Source: an uncultured Mycoplasmatota bacterium (GTDB lineage: Bacteria > Bacillota_I > Bacilli_A > Mycoplasmatales > Mycoplasmoidaceae). Taken from it: a DNA stretch of 47,774 nt. Made by a program: the position numbers and the translations under genes. Location of the stretch: contig CATAWQ010000001.1 of assembly GCA_949500635.1 (NCBI GenBank), positions 1-47,774 of the forward strand. Reading direction: 5' to 3'. Shown here piece after piece: positions 32,962 through 42,304 of this stretch (position 1 is its first letter; every line of letters starts with the position of its first letter). Below the pieces are notes generated by a model. That model was not told the origin of the DNA. It did no database searches and saw only the letters and a program-made list of their open reading frames with translations.

Positions 32962-34164
32962 TTAATCAATGTGAATTGGTGTACGGATACTTTCGATAAT
33001 ATCTTTATTGTAATCATATTTCATCGAAGGCGAAACAATCCGATATATAGGGAAAATAATAATAATGTTAATTGGAATCATAAAACATAACATTAATAAT
33101 CTAAATACAAATCAGTAATCATATGGCAATGTAGAGAACTCTAAATCAAATACCGGCATGATTAATATTTCAACAATTGCTTCACATGTAAATACAGTTA
33201 CTAATACTGGAGCAAAATAATTAAATCAAATAGTAATTTTGTCAAAGTCAATCTTCTTTGAGATTCTTTTTAAATTACCTAATGCTAACTGTCTTTTTTT
33301 CTCTGTCTTACAAACTCAATTAATATGCTTATCTGCAACAAATTGTTTATTATGTCTACGCATTAATTTATGTTTATATCTTTTAATCGGAGCAATATAT
33401 TTAGCATCATAAATAAACTTCTTAAAAGAATAAACAAGCTTTCAAAAATCTAATGTTAATCCTAATACTCATAAACTTACAAAGCCAACAACAAAAACGC
33501 ATGAAAAAATAATTTCTAATGTTTGTTTTTGAAACTCTATGTCATGACCGAATAAACCAATATGATAAACATCTATTTTATTCATAAAAACAATAAAACA
33601 AAGCAGCAATGAAAAAGCTCCTGTCATAAATAATGAAGACAATGACAAAAATGGTAATTCTCTATTTCTAGACAAAGTAATTATTGTTCTAATAATTCCT
33701 GAAAAGTATCCATATGCCATAGCTACTATAAAATAACCATAATGGAACATACCTGCCGTGATACCTACTGTTAATAAATCTGTAAATGCACCAATAAACA
33801 ATCCAATAATGGGTCCAAATAATAATCCACCAATCTTAATAAGAACACCTTCAATAGTACTTCTTCAACCAGGATATGCTCTAAAAATTACAGCCATAAA
33901 TCCAGCAGACAAAATTGTTAACAACAAAATTGAAGCAATGGAAATAGAAATTACCATTGCAACATTTGTAATTCCTCTTACTGACATTTTAGGGAAAATG
34001 TAGTAACGTTGTTTTTTAAATAAACGATAGTAATTTTTTTTAATAAATAATAAGAAAATTGTTGCTAGAATAAATGCTGCAAAAACAGCAATAACATCTA
34101 TTGAGTTAATTGAAGGCTGATTTTCACCATCCCCAGATTTAAAATAAGCTAGGATATTTAGCAT
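32962..34164 (-). CDS. Polytopic membrane protein; N-terminal half resembles an ECF-transporter S component, with a long extra C-terminal membrane region
   Basis: ORFs 33469..33801 and 33865..34191 plus a 3' part are in frame. I checked every in-frame codon of 32965-33469 (the 3' part) and found only TGA (400 aa from ATG 34164). Motifs: MSVRGITNVAMVISISIASILLL, IKIGGLLFGPIIGLFIGAFTDLL. Confidence 0.45.
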
Positions 34165-34184
34165 ATATTTATAAATTATTATAT

Positions 34185-34841
34185 TTATCAAAGAATTATC
34201 TTTTTATTATTTTTTTTTAAAATTTCATTAATCTTTGAAAAATGCTTACATCCATAAAAACCATAATGACAACTTAATGGGGACGGATGGGCCGCTTTTA
34301 AAACATAGTTGTTTTTATTTGCTAATAGTTTTTCTTTTGCTTGTGCAAAATTACCTCATAAAACAAAAATAACTCCATCAAGATTTGTATCAATTTCCTT
34401 AATAATATTATTTGTGAAAGTGTCTCAACCAAATTTTAAATGAGAATTTGGTTTATCTCTTGTAACAGTTAAAGCATTATTTAATAATAAAACACCTTGT
34501 TTAGCTCACTTAGATAAATCACCGTCTACTTTTACAACATTAAGATCAGATTTTAATTCTTTGTAGATGTTTTTTAAAGACATAGGTAATTTATCATTAC
34601 TAGTAGCGAATGCTAACCCATTAGCCATTTTAGGGATGTAATAAGGATCCTGACCTAAAATTACTACTTTTGTATCTTCAAAATTAAAATAATTAAAACA
34701 AGCAAAGACTAATTCTTTTGGTGGATAACAAATGTTTGTAGCATAAGATTCATCTACAGAATTAGAGAGTTTATTTCAATAATCTTTTTTGGTTTCTTTA
34801 TAAATAATTTCTTTCCAAGAGGTAGTAATATTAATCTCCAT
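34185..34841 (-). CDS. ung: Uracil-DNA glycosylase
   Basis: Not in the ORF track because several TGA codons interrupt it. 218 aa. Motifs: ILGQDPYY, LLLNNALTV, HPSPLS. Confidence 0.9.
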
Positions 34842-36373
34842 TAGTATGTAATCAAGTCGTTAACATTACACATTCAATTATTACCACTCTTTGTTGAGAA
34901 GAAATATTTTATTCCATTTAGATTAGATGCAGGGTCAGATTTACGATCAGTTAAGAATTTAATTAATTTATTTTCTTTTTTTTCTAATTTTTTTGAATCC
35001 AAAAAATATACAGAGGAATCATCTTCAGATTTAGGTGAATATACATCCTTATCTAATAAGAAATATAAAGGATAAATTCCTGTTACTCCTGTAAATACAG
35101 GAATTTTTTCCTTGATTTCTGTTCCATCATTTTGTTTATTAGTAATTGTATATATAACATAAGAAGCTAATCCAACAAATGTTGAATTATATATATCACT
35201 TCCAGTAATTAAATTTTTCAATGAAGGTTCCTTGTTAAATTCATCAAAATCAAAGTCAGAAGTAGAAATATTAGATTTTTGAATATTGACATTCATATTT
35301 AATGAGCTTACTTTTTTTGTTGTTTGTTTTGTAATATCAAAATACTTATCTCATGTTTTACTATTTAAAACGGCATTATCAACTATTGATTTATCAGAAA
35401 TTAATCAATTGTTAGGCAAAAAATCTTTATTGGATGGATTAGGGTTGTATCAATTAAATGTCATTTTATTCATATTAAATAAAAATGGAATTGGTCTATA
35501 GCTTGAAACAATTTGTTTAGTACTATCATCTGGATCTTGTTTTGTTTCAGCATATGGGTATGATGTATCTAACATGTTAGTTTTATCATCATAGTTTGTT
35601 AAAAAACCGAAATGATTATCTCCTAATCCGCTACTTAATACTTGAATATCACAAGCAGATTGACCAAATTTTAATTTTGATTTTGAACTTGAAATAGAAT
35701 TAGATAAATCGTAGTTATATTCAAGAAATTTTTTAGCACTATTTGAAATTAAAATATCTAAACCAGTTACACCACCACCATACATTTTTGCAAGATTATC
35801 AGTTTTATGATCACTATCAGCAATAAATCCGTCTACCAAGTGAAGTTGATAGTATAACATATAACTAAGTAATGTAGAGGCGTTTGATGAAATGCTATTA
35901 ATTGCTGAAGTAGTTGCACCAATGTTATAGTTTCTTGCAGTAAAATGATTTATCTTTTTAGTTTCATCGCTCGGATCTTTAGTAGTATAAGTAAATTTGA
36001 ATGCGCTTTGGTCGCTAGAAGAATATCATTCTTCTTGCATCATAGGCAAATTAGAAGGGTCTAAATCACTTTGTGATAAATCATATGGCTGAGCATAACT
36101 ATATAAAGTAGTTGCAGAAGAAGCAGAAGAAAGATTCAAGTAATAATCATAATTACTTGGAATGTAATCAACATTGTTGTTATCAACATCTTTCATTGAA
36201 GTAGCAATGTTTCTAAAGGGACTATTTGCTTGGTTTGGGCCTCCAACTAATACTGGCAAATAATATTGAGAAATCTTACCACAAGATGTTAAAGTCATTG
36301 TAGGAATAACTAAAGTTAACGCCAACCCTAATAAACCTATTTTTTTTATCTTTTTACTTCTAGAAATAGACAT
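34841..36373 (-). CDS. Putative lipoprotein, function unknown
   Basis: Three track ORFs are in frame. I translated both gaps and found only TGA. It extends through the TGA at 34874 to a TAA at 34841, which overlaps the ung ATG (510 aa). Signal peptide: KKIGLLGLALTLVIPTMTLTSC. Confidence 0.7.
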
Positions 36374-36388
36374 ATTTAAATTATATTC

Positions 36389-37822
36389 TTAATTAATATT
36401 ATTTTGACTATTATCAGAAGTAATAGGTAAGAAAGTACTTGATGTTTTATCAAATACTAAATTTATATTTGCGATTTCACCATTACGGTGTTTAGCAATA
36501 ATAAATTCTACAATAACGCTGTTTGTATTTTGAGAAGTTTCATTTTGTTGAACTACGGATCCTTCTTCAGTAGGATCAAATGTTTCATTTTGTTTATATT
36601 GTAAGAATGTCACGATGTCTGCATCTTGTTCAATAGCACCTGATTCTCTTAAATCTGATAATTGTGGACGAGCATTTCCTTTAACGCCTGCTCTTTGTTC
36701 AATAGCACGAGATAATTGAGCAATAGCAATGACAGGAGCATTAATATCTTTATCACGAGCAATCCCTTTAAGAGTTCTTGAAATAAATGCAACTTCTTGT
36801 TGACGATTATTTTGAGTAACACCTTTAGGTCCTTTCAATAATTGTAAGTAATCTAAAACAACTAATTTAATGTTGTAATCATTACTAATTTGTTTAAGTC
36901 TTGATTGAACATCAAGAATTGATAAATCACTTGAATCATCAATTAAAATTGGTAATTCTTCAATTGAGTTAATTGTCTCATTAAATGAACGTCATTCAAG
37001 ATTTGAATAATTTTTAATTCTTGATAGTTTAACAGGTAAACTTCCTTTAATGCCAACCATTCTTGAAAATAATTGATCTGCACCCATTTCTAAGGAAAAC
37101 ATTACTACAACATCCTTTTTACCATTTTCTGATTTTTCATTCTTTTGAATAATACTATCTGCTGCATTAATTAAAAAGTTTAATGCAAGAGCAGTTTTTC
37201 CAACACCAGGACGAGCAGCTAAAATAATTAAATTCCCGTCTTGAAAGCCGTTAAGAATGCGATCAATGTCTTGGTATCCTGAAGTAACACCTAATAATTC
37301 AGATTTAGAATTAACCACTACTTGAATTCTTTGTTGATAAGTTTCAGATACTTCAGTCATATTTTTAAATTTAGCTGATTTTTTAGCTCCAATAATCGAC
37401 ATAAAATTACGTTCAATTTCATGAATTTGATCGTTGAATGAAACATGATCTATTTTTGTATCAAAAATCGATGAAGCAAATCTATCTAAATTTCTCTTGA
37501 TAGCTTGTTCTTTAATTGTATCAATTTTATCATCAATGTCGACAGATACTATAAATTGTCTATTAATATTGTTAATTGTTTCTGAATAATTAGAAAATTG
37601 CAATTCTTCGTGAGCATCTAAATATGTAGTTACGCTATTAGCATCAACCGCTTTAGCTTCACGCTTTAGTGCGCTAGCCACAGAAAAAATAATACCTAAT
37701 TGATTGTTAGAAAAATCTTTAGGTTCTAATTTAGACATTGCATTATCTAAAGAAGCAGATTCATTTAGAATACTACCAATAACCATAATTTCAAGTTTTT
37801 CTATTGATTGGTCAATTGCCAT
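36389..37822 (-). CDS. dnaB: Replicative DNA helicase
   Basis: ORFs 36389..36838 and 36992..37822 are in frame across TGA (477 aa). Walker A is ARPGVGKTALAL. Also LSDLRESGAIEQDADIV. Confidence 0.95.
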
Positions 37823-37846
37823 ATTAGATGCCTCCCTGTAATTGAA

Positions 37847-38293
37847 TTATTTGTTTTGTTCTTTAACATTTATTTTTAATTTAACAATAACGCCTTTATG
37901 CAATTCAATTTGAATAAAATGAATTCCTAAATCAAATGTCTTGTCATCATTAACTATCATGTATTTGTGAATAGAAATACCTTTATTTTTTAGTTCATTA
38001 ATAATTTGAATAACTGAAACACTACCAAATGCTTTACCATTTTGAGCATTTAAATAAAAATTTAATTCTACTTTTTCGATCTTTTCTTTTAGAGCAACTG
38101 CTTTATCGTACTGCTCTTTTTCAAAATCTGCTTCTTTTTGTAAAATAGATTTTAAGTTTTGCATATTTTTATCATTAACTATTACTGCAATACCATTGCG
38201 GATAAGATAGTTTTTTGCATAACCATCTTTAACATTAACAATATCATTAATCTTTCCTAAGCCTTTTACTTCTTTTTTTAAAATAACTTGCAT
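37847..38293 (-). CDS. rplI: 50S ribosomal protein L9
   Basis: 148 aa. The N-terminus MQVILKKEVKGLGKINDIVNVKDGYAKNYL is typical of L9. Confidence 0.9.
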   Translation of the reverse strand: MQVILKKEVKGLGKINDIVNVKDGYAKNYLIRNGIAVIVNDKNMQNLKSILQKEADFEKEQYDKAVALKEKIEKVELNFYLNAQNGKAFGSVSVIQIINELKNKGISIHKYMIVNDDKTFDLGIHFIQIELHKGVIVKLKINVKEQNK

Positions 38294-38296
38294 TAA

Positions 38297-39091
38297 TTAA
38301 ACTCCTTTAATTGTTGTTGTAACATTTAATTTGTTTCAAACTAAATAATACATGTATGTTAAGAAAACACCACCAGTAAAGTTTCCTAGTAATGACATCA
38401 AAATACATTGATAAAACATTTTACCTAACAATCCTAAATTACCATTAAAAATTCCATAGAAGCCACCGATTGTTGTAATAAACATATTAGCAACAACGTG
38501 TTGGTAACTACAAATAGCGAATGCAGTAATCATAATTAGTGTACTTAAAAATCCAACAACTTTATTTTCAAATATAGAAAAAGAAATTACACAACCAACA
38601 ACTAAAAAATTAGTAATGATAGCTGATAAGAATGTTTTTCATCAATCTAATTCAATCTTAGTCTTTGAAATTTGTATTACAAGATCAGTCGTACCCTTTG
38701 AGTCAAGCAAACCAATACCATAAATCATACAAGCCATGAATACAGAACCTAAGTAATTACCAATAAATGTATAAAAAAGATCAATATAAAATACTTTTCT
38801 TGAACATTTTTTTGTTAATACTCCTGCATAAATTGCACAATTAGCAGTAAATAAACAAGCACCTACAAACATGCACATTAAGATACCAACACAGAAAATA
38901 ACTGATCCAAAGAACTTTGTTAATCCTGGAGTTGTACTGTTAGTATCGTTCCCAACAATCATAATCATTGCTACATAACCCATAGCAACAAAAATACCCG
39001 CTAGGAAGCCAAGTATAATTTTTTTTAATCAATGAAAATTTTGTTTAGCAATTCCACTTTGTTCAAATTTTTCTCAATTTAAATTTGGCAT
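38297..39091 (-). CDS. Formate/nitrite transporter (FNT) family channel
   Basis: ORFs 38336..38533 and 38642..38983 plus flanks are in frame across TGA (264 aa). It is polytopic, with the FNT-like segment CSYQHVVANMF. Confidence 0.75.
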
Positions 39092-39100
39092 GTTTACACC

Positions 39101-39355
39101 TTAATCTTTTACAAATGGTAATAGCGCTACAATTCTTGCTCTTTTAATAGCATTAGCTATCATTTTTTGGTGCTTAGCACAACAACCAGTAATTCTACGT
39201 GGTAAAATTTTACTATTGTATGCTAAATATTTACTTAGTAATTCAGTATTTTTGTAATCTATATAAATTACACCTTGTTGACATAAAACACAAGGTTTTT
39301 TCTTCATAAATATTTTAGATTTACGTGGTTTAGAATTTTTCTTATTAATTTGCAT
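39101..39355 (-). CDS. rpsR: 30S ribosomal protein S18
   Basis: Start placed at ATG 39355 (MQINKK...), 8 nt after AGGAG. 84 aa. Motifs: [23 protein letters not shown]. Confidence 0.9.
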   Translation of the reverse strand: MQINKKNSKPRKSKIFMKKKPCVLCQQGVIYIDYKNTELLSKYLAYNSKILPRRITGCCAKHQKMIANAIKRARIVALLPFVKD

Positions 39356-39356
39356 A

Positions 39357-39842
39357 TTATTTGTCTCCTTCATTTAATTCATCATATCATTCAATTTCAT
39401 CATTTGTTTGTGGGGCGGGCGTTATCTTTTGATCACTCATTTCATTGCTAGTAACTACATTCGTTTTAAACGCATCATCAATAGATTTTTTTTGTTGATC
39501 ATTTTCAATTGCATTACCAAATTCGTTAGTTTGTTTTCTAGAACCTATTGAATTTATTGTATTAACAATAATTTCAGTAGTATAAACTGTTTGGTTAGAT
39601 TGTTTTGAGATGTAACTACGTCTTGTTAATTCACCATCAATAGCTACTAAATCACCTTTTTTTAAAAATGTATTAATAAAGTTTGCTGGGTTTGCTCAAG
39701 CAATACATGGAAAAAAATATGTTTCATCTTTCATTTTATTACTATTAACAGCAATAGTAATCTTGGATTGTGAAGTGCCCTTTGAAGTAACAGAAGCAAT
39801 TGGGTCTGCAACTAGCCTTCCAACTAAAAATACTTTATTCAT
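39357..39842 (-). CDS. ssb: Single-stranded DNA-binding protein
   Basis: Not in the track because of TGA codons. 161 aa. OB-fold N-terminus [14 protein letters not shown]. The C-terminus reads ...[15 protein letters not shown]. Confidence 0.85.
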
Positions 39843-39844
39843 AA

Positions 39845-40300
39845 TTATTTTTCTCTTTTGTAATCAACTATAGAGTTAATTTCTGTTAATTCTTGCATTT
39901 GCTTTTCTCTAGCTTCTTTTTCAGCAGCAATTTTTGCCATTTTCTCTTTATATTTCTTAGCTTTATTTTCACTACGTTTTACTTTCTTAGAGTTTTTCAA
40001 AGCAGTAGCACCATAGTCTTTATCTAAATTAATGATTAAGTTTCTAATTATTGCTTTGTCTAATAAAGCTAAACGTCTAAATTCAGCAATTTTAGATGTA
40101 TCAGATAACGTAAAATTAAGTTGAATATATCATGCTTTTGCGTTTCCATTGATCTTGTACGCTAAATCTTTAAGACCTAAAGATGTCTCTTTATAGTCTT
40201 CTTCATTGCTAAATAGTTTTGTTAAACTCTTAATTGAATCTAATACTTTAGATTCTTCAAGGTTTCCATCAACTAAAAGCATTATTTCATATTTTGCCAT
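39845..40300 (-). CDS. rpsF: 30S ribosomal protein S6
   Basis: Not in the track because of TGA. 151 aa. The N-terminus is MAKYEIMLLVDGNLEE, with a Lys/Glu-rich tail. A GGAGG RBS lies upstream. Confidence 0.85.
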
Positions 40301-40325
40301 AGTTATAAATCCTCCTTTATGGGCA

Positions 40326-40343
40326 TGCCTAATATATTAGGCA
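40326..40343 (-). promoter_or_regulatory. Perfect 18-nt palindrome in the rpsF leader
   Basis: tgcctaatatattaggca lies 25 nt upstream of the rpsF ATG and immediately 5' of the GGAGG RBS. Confidence 0.3.
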
Positions 40344-40434
40344 AAGAAATCATTTAACTAATACTTTATTGGTTAAATGTTATCTTATTATATATAAATA
40401 AATACTAAGTTATTCAAATTATATAATATTAAAC

Positions 40435-40456
40435 AAAAAAAAGACCATAATGGTCT
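40435..40456 (-). terminator. Intrinsic terminator after rpsD
   Basis: Minus strand reads agaccattatggtc (5-bp GC-containing stem) followed by T8. Confidence 0.6.
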
Positions 40457-40475
40457 ATTTATTATGAAAATTTAA

Positions 40476-41078
40476 CTAACGGTTGAATCATTCAACTACA
40501 TATGTTTCATTAATTTCTTGGTTAAGCTCTTTCCTCTCTGGATATCTTAAATATCGACCAGAAAGTTTAGAAAAATCAGTCTTGACAAATGGGAGTGTAC
40601 CTCTTGTTTCGTTTTCACCTAAAGCTGCCATTTTTTTAGAATTTTCTTTAACTTCGATTGTCGAATTTAGAGGAATAATTGATGAAGGAATTGAACATTT
40701 TTTACCGTTTAACAAAATGTGACCATGACTCACCATTTGTCTTGCTGCACGTCTCGTTTTAGCAAAACCCATACGGTAAACTAAATTATCTAATCTAGAT
40801 TCCAATACAATTAATAAGTTCATACTTGTAGAACCCCTCATTTTCTTGGCAATTTGGAACAACCTTCTAAACTGACGATCATTCATTCCATACATTAAAG
40901 CAAGCTTTTGTTTTTCTTGCAATTGTTGACCATAACCAGAAACTTTATGTTTATCTGCACCATGCTGTCCAGGGGCATATGTTCTTTTCTTTCCCTTTAA
41001 AAATTCTTTATTATCTTCTAAAATAGAAAAACCTAATCTTCTAGATTTTTTAAAAATACTTTTTGTATATCTTGACAT
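40476..41078 (-). CDS. rpsD: 30S ribosomal protein S4
   Basis: ORF 40488..41078 extends through a TGA to a TAG at 40476 (200 aa). The N-terminus MSRYTKSIFKKSRRLGFS is typical of S4. Confidence 0.95.
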
Positions 41079-41092
41079 TTACTATATTACTC

Positions 41093-41115
41093 CTTATGTG
41101 TAAAGTGCACATAAG
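41093..41115 (-). promoter_or_regulatory. Leader hairpin overlapping the rpsD Shine-Dalgarno
   Basis: Minus strand reads cttatgtg-cacttta-cacataag-GAG. The 3' arm shares 3 nt with the AAGGAG at 41090-41095. Confidence 0.3.
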
Positions 41116-41322
41116 AAACCGATTTTAATCCTAGTTGAATAAATTAATACTAATACTTTCGGTAATTCAGCATACTTACTTGTAACAGCTTACCTATCAA
41201 TTTATTTAACAACTATATTAAATTGCTGATATGTGCTAATTTATTATATTAATTTTATAAGTAATCTATGAAATATTTTATTTTATCACTTTTTCTTTAT
41301 ATTATTTTTTCAAATTTGTTGC

Positions 41323-41340
41323 AAAAAAAAAAAAAAAAAA
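41323..41340 (+). repeat. Homopolymeric A18 tract in promoter region of LRR lipoprotein copy 3
   Basis: Eighteen A residues, then cgagTATAAATatgtaaatAGGAGaaaaaatATG. The cassette matches 5687-5720. Confidence 0.95.
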
Positions 41341-41371
41341 CGAGTATAAATATGTAAATAGGAGAAAAAAT

Positions 41372-42211
41372 ATGAAAAATAAAAAATTACTAAAAACTGT
41401 TTTGTGTGTTACGTCTGGAATTGGGTTTGCAACATCAATTCCATTTATGACAACTGCTTGTGGATCATCCTCTACTAAAACAAGCATTTTACCAGATGAA
41501 ATTTACGACATTGACCAAACTGGTGTTTTAAATGGATTTAAATCAGGTATTAACTTAGATGAATATAATGATGGAATTTGCGATACAATGCAAATTCCTG
41601 CTAGTGTAACACGTATTCGTGATAGTGTTTTTTATAATAACAATATCCCATCATTTATTCATAATTTAACTTTTGAAAACGGATCTAATTGTTCTTCAAT
41701 TGGTTACTATACTTTTACTAATTGTACAGGATTAACTTCTGTAGATTTATCAAGATGTACAAATTTATCAGCAATTGGAGATAGTGTTTTTCAAAATTGT
41801 ACAGGATTAACTTCAATAGATTTATCTAATTGTACAAATTTATTAGCAATTGGAAATAATGCTTTTAAATTATGTAATTTATTAGCATCTATAACCTTTC
41901 CTGATAGTTTAACTCAAATTAATGAAAATGCTTTTAATGGATGTTCTAACCTTTCTTCCATAACATTACCTAGTAGTTTAACAAAAATTAACTATGCTGC
42001 TTTTTATGAATGTATAAATTTAAACTATATTGCTTGAGATTTACCGAATCAATACTCAACCAATATAAATATTGGTGGGAGTGTATTTAGTGGTATTTCA
42101 TCTACAGGAAAAGTTAAATCTTTAAATCCATCAATTAGTTCTGGCGACTTTTTAGCCTGAATTGAAACTAAAGGAAATTTCCCATCTAGTGGTTGAGAAG
42201 CAGAAGTTTAA
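41372..42211 (+). CDS. Surface lipoprotein with BspA-like leucine-rich repeats (family copy 3, intact)
   Basis: ORF 41372..42037 extends through TGA codons to a TAA at 42209 (279 aa). Signal peptide: MKNKKLLKTVLCVTSGIGFATSIPFMTTAC. LRR units follow C.nLtSIdLSnCTNL. The conserved tail is WDLP...GKVKSLNPSISSGDFLAWIETKGNFPSSGWEAEV. Confidence 0.85.
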
Positions 42212-42235
42212 TAATTAATTAAATAAATACAAATA

Positions 42236-42265
42236 ATTAATTTAGTAAAATTTTACTAAATTAAT
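42236..42265. terminator. 30-nt perfect AT-rich palindrome between convergent LRR copy 3 and ptsG
   Basis: attaatttagtaaaa pairs with ttttactaaattaat. It is a likely bidirectional terminator, but the stem is entirely A/T apart from one G-C pair. Confidence 0.4.
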
Positions 42266-42304
42266 CTGTTTAATATTTAAAAACATAAGTTATATATAAA
42301 CAAG

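Noticed and set aside
32961-33017. Longer gatC start at 33017
   Set aside because: It overlaps the 3' end of the upstream membrane-protein gene (stop at 32962). MTKEQLKQIARKY at 32960 is a typical GatC N-terminus.
41302-41487. ORF MLVLVEDDPQAV..., also present at 12383..12592
   Set aside because: It is antisense to the conserved signal-peptide cassette of the LRR lipoprotein family and runs through the poly(T)/poly(A) tract. It is a by-product of the repeat.
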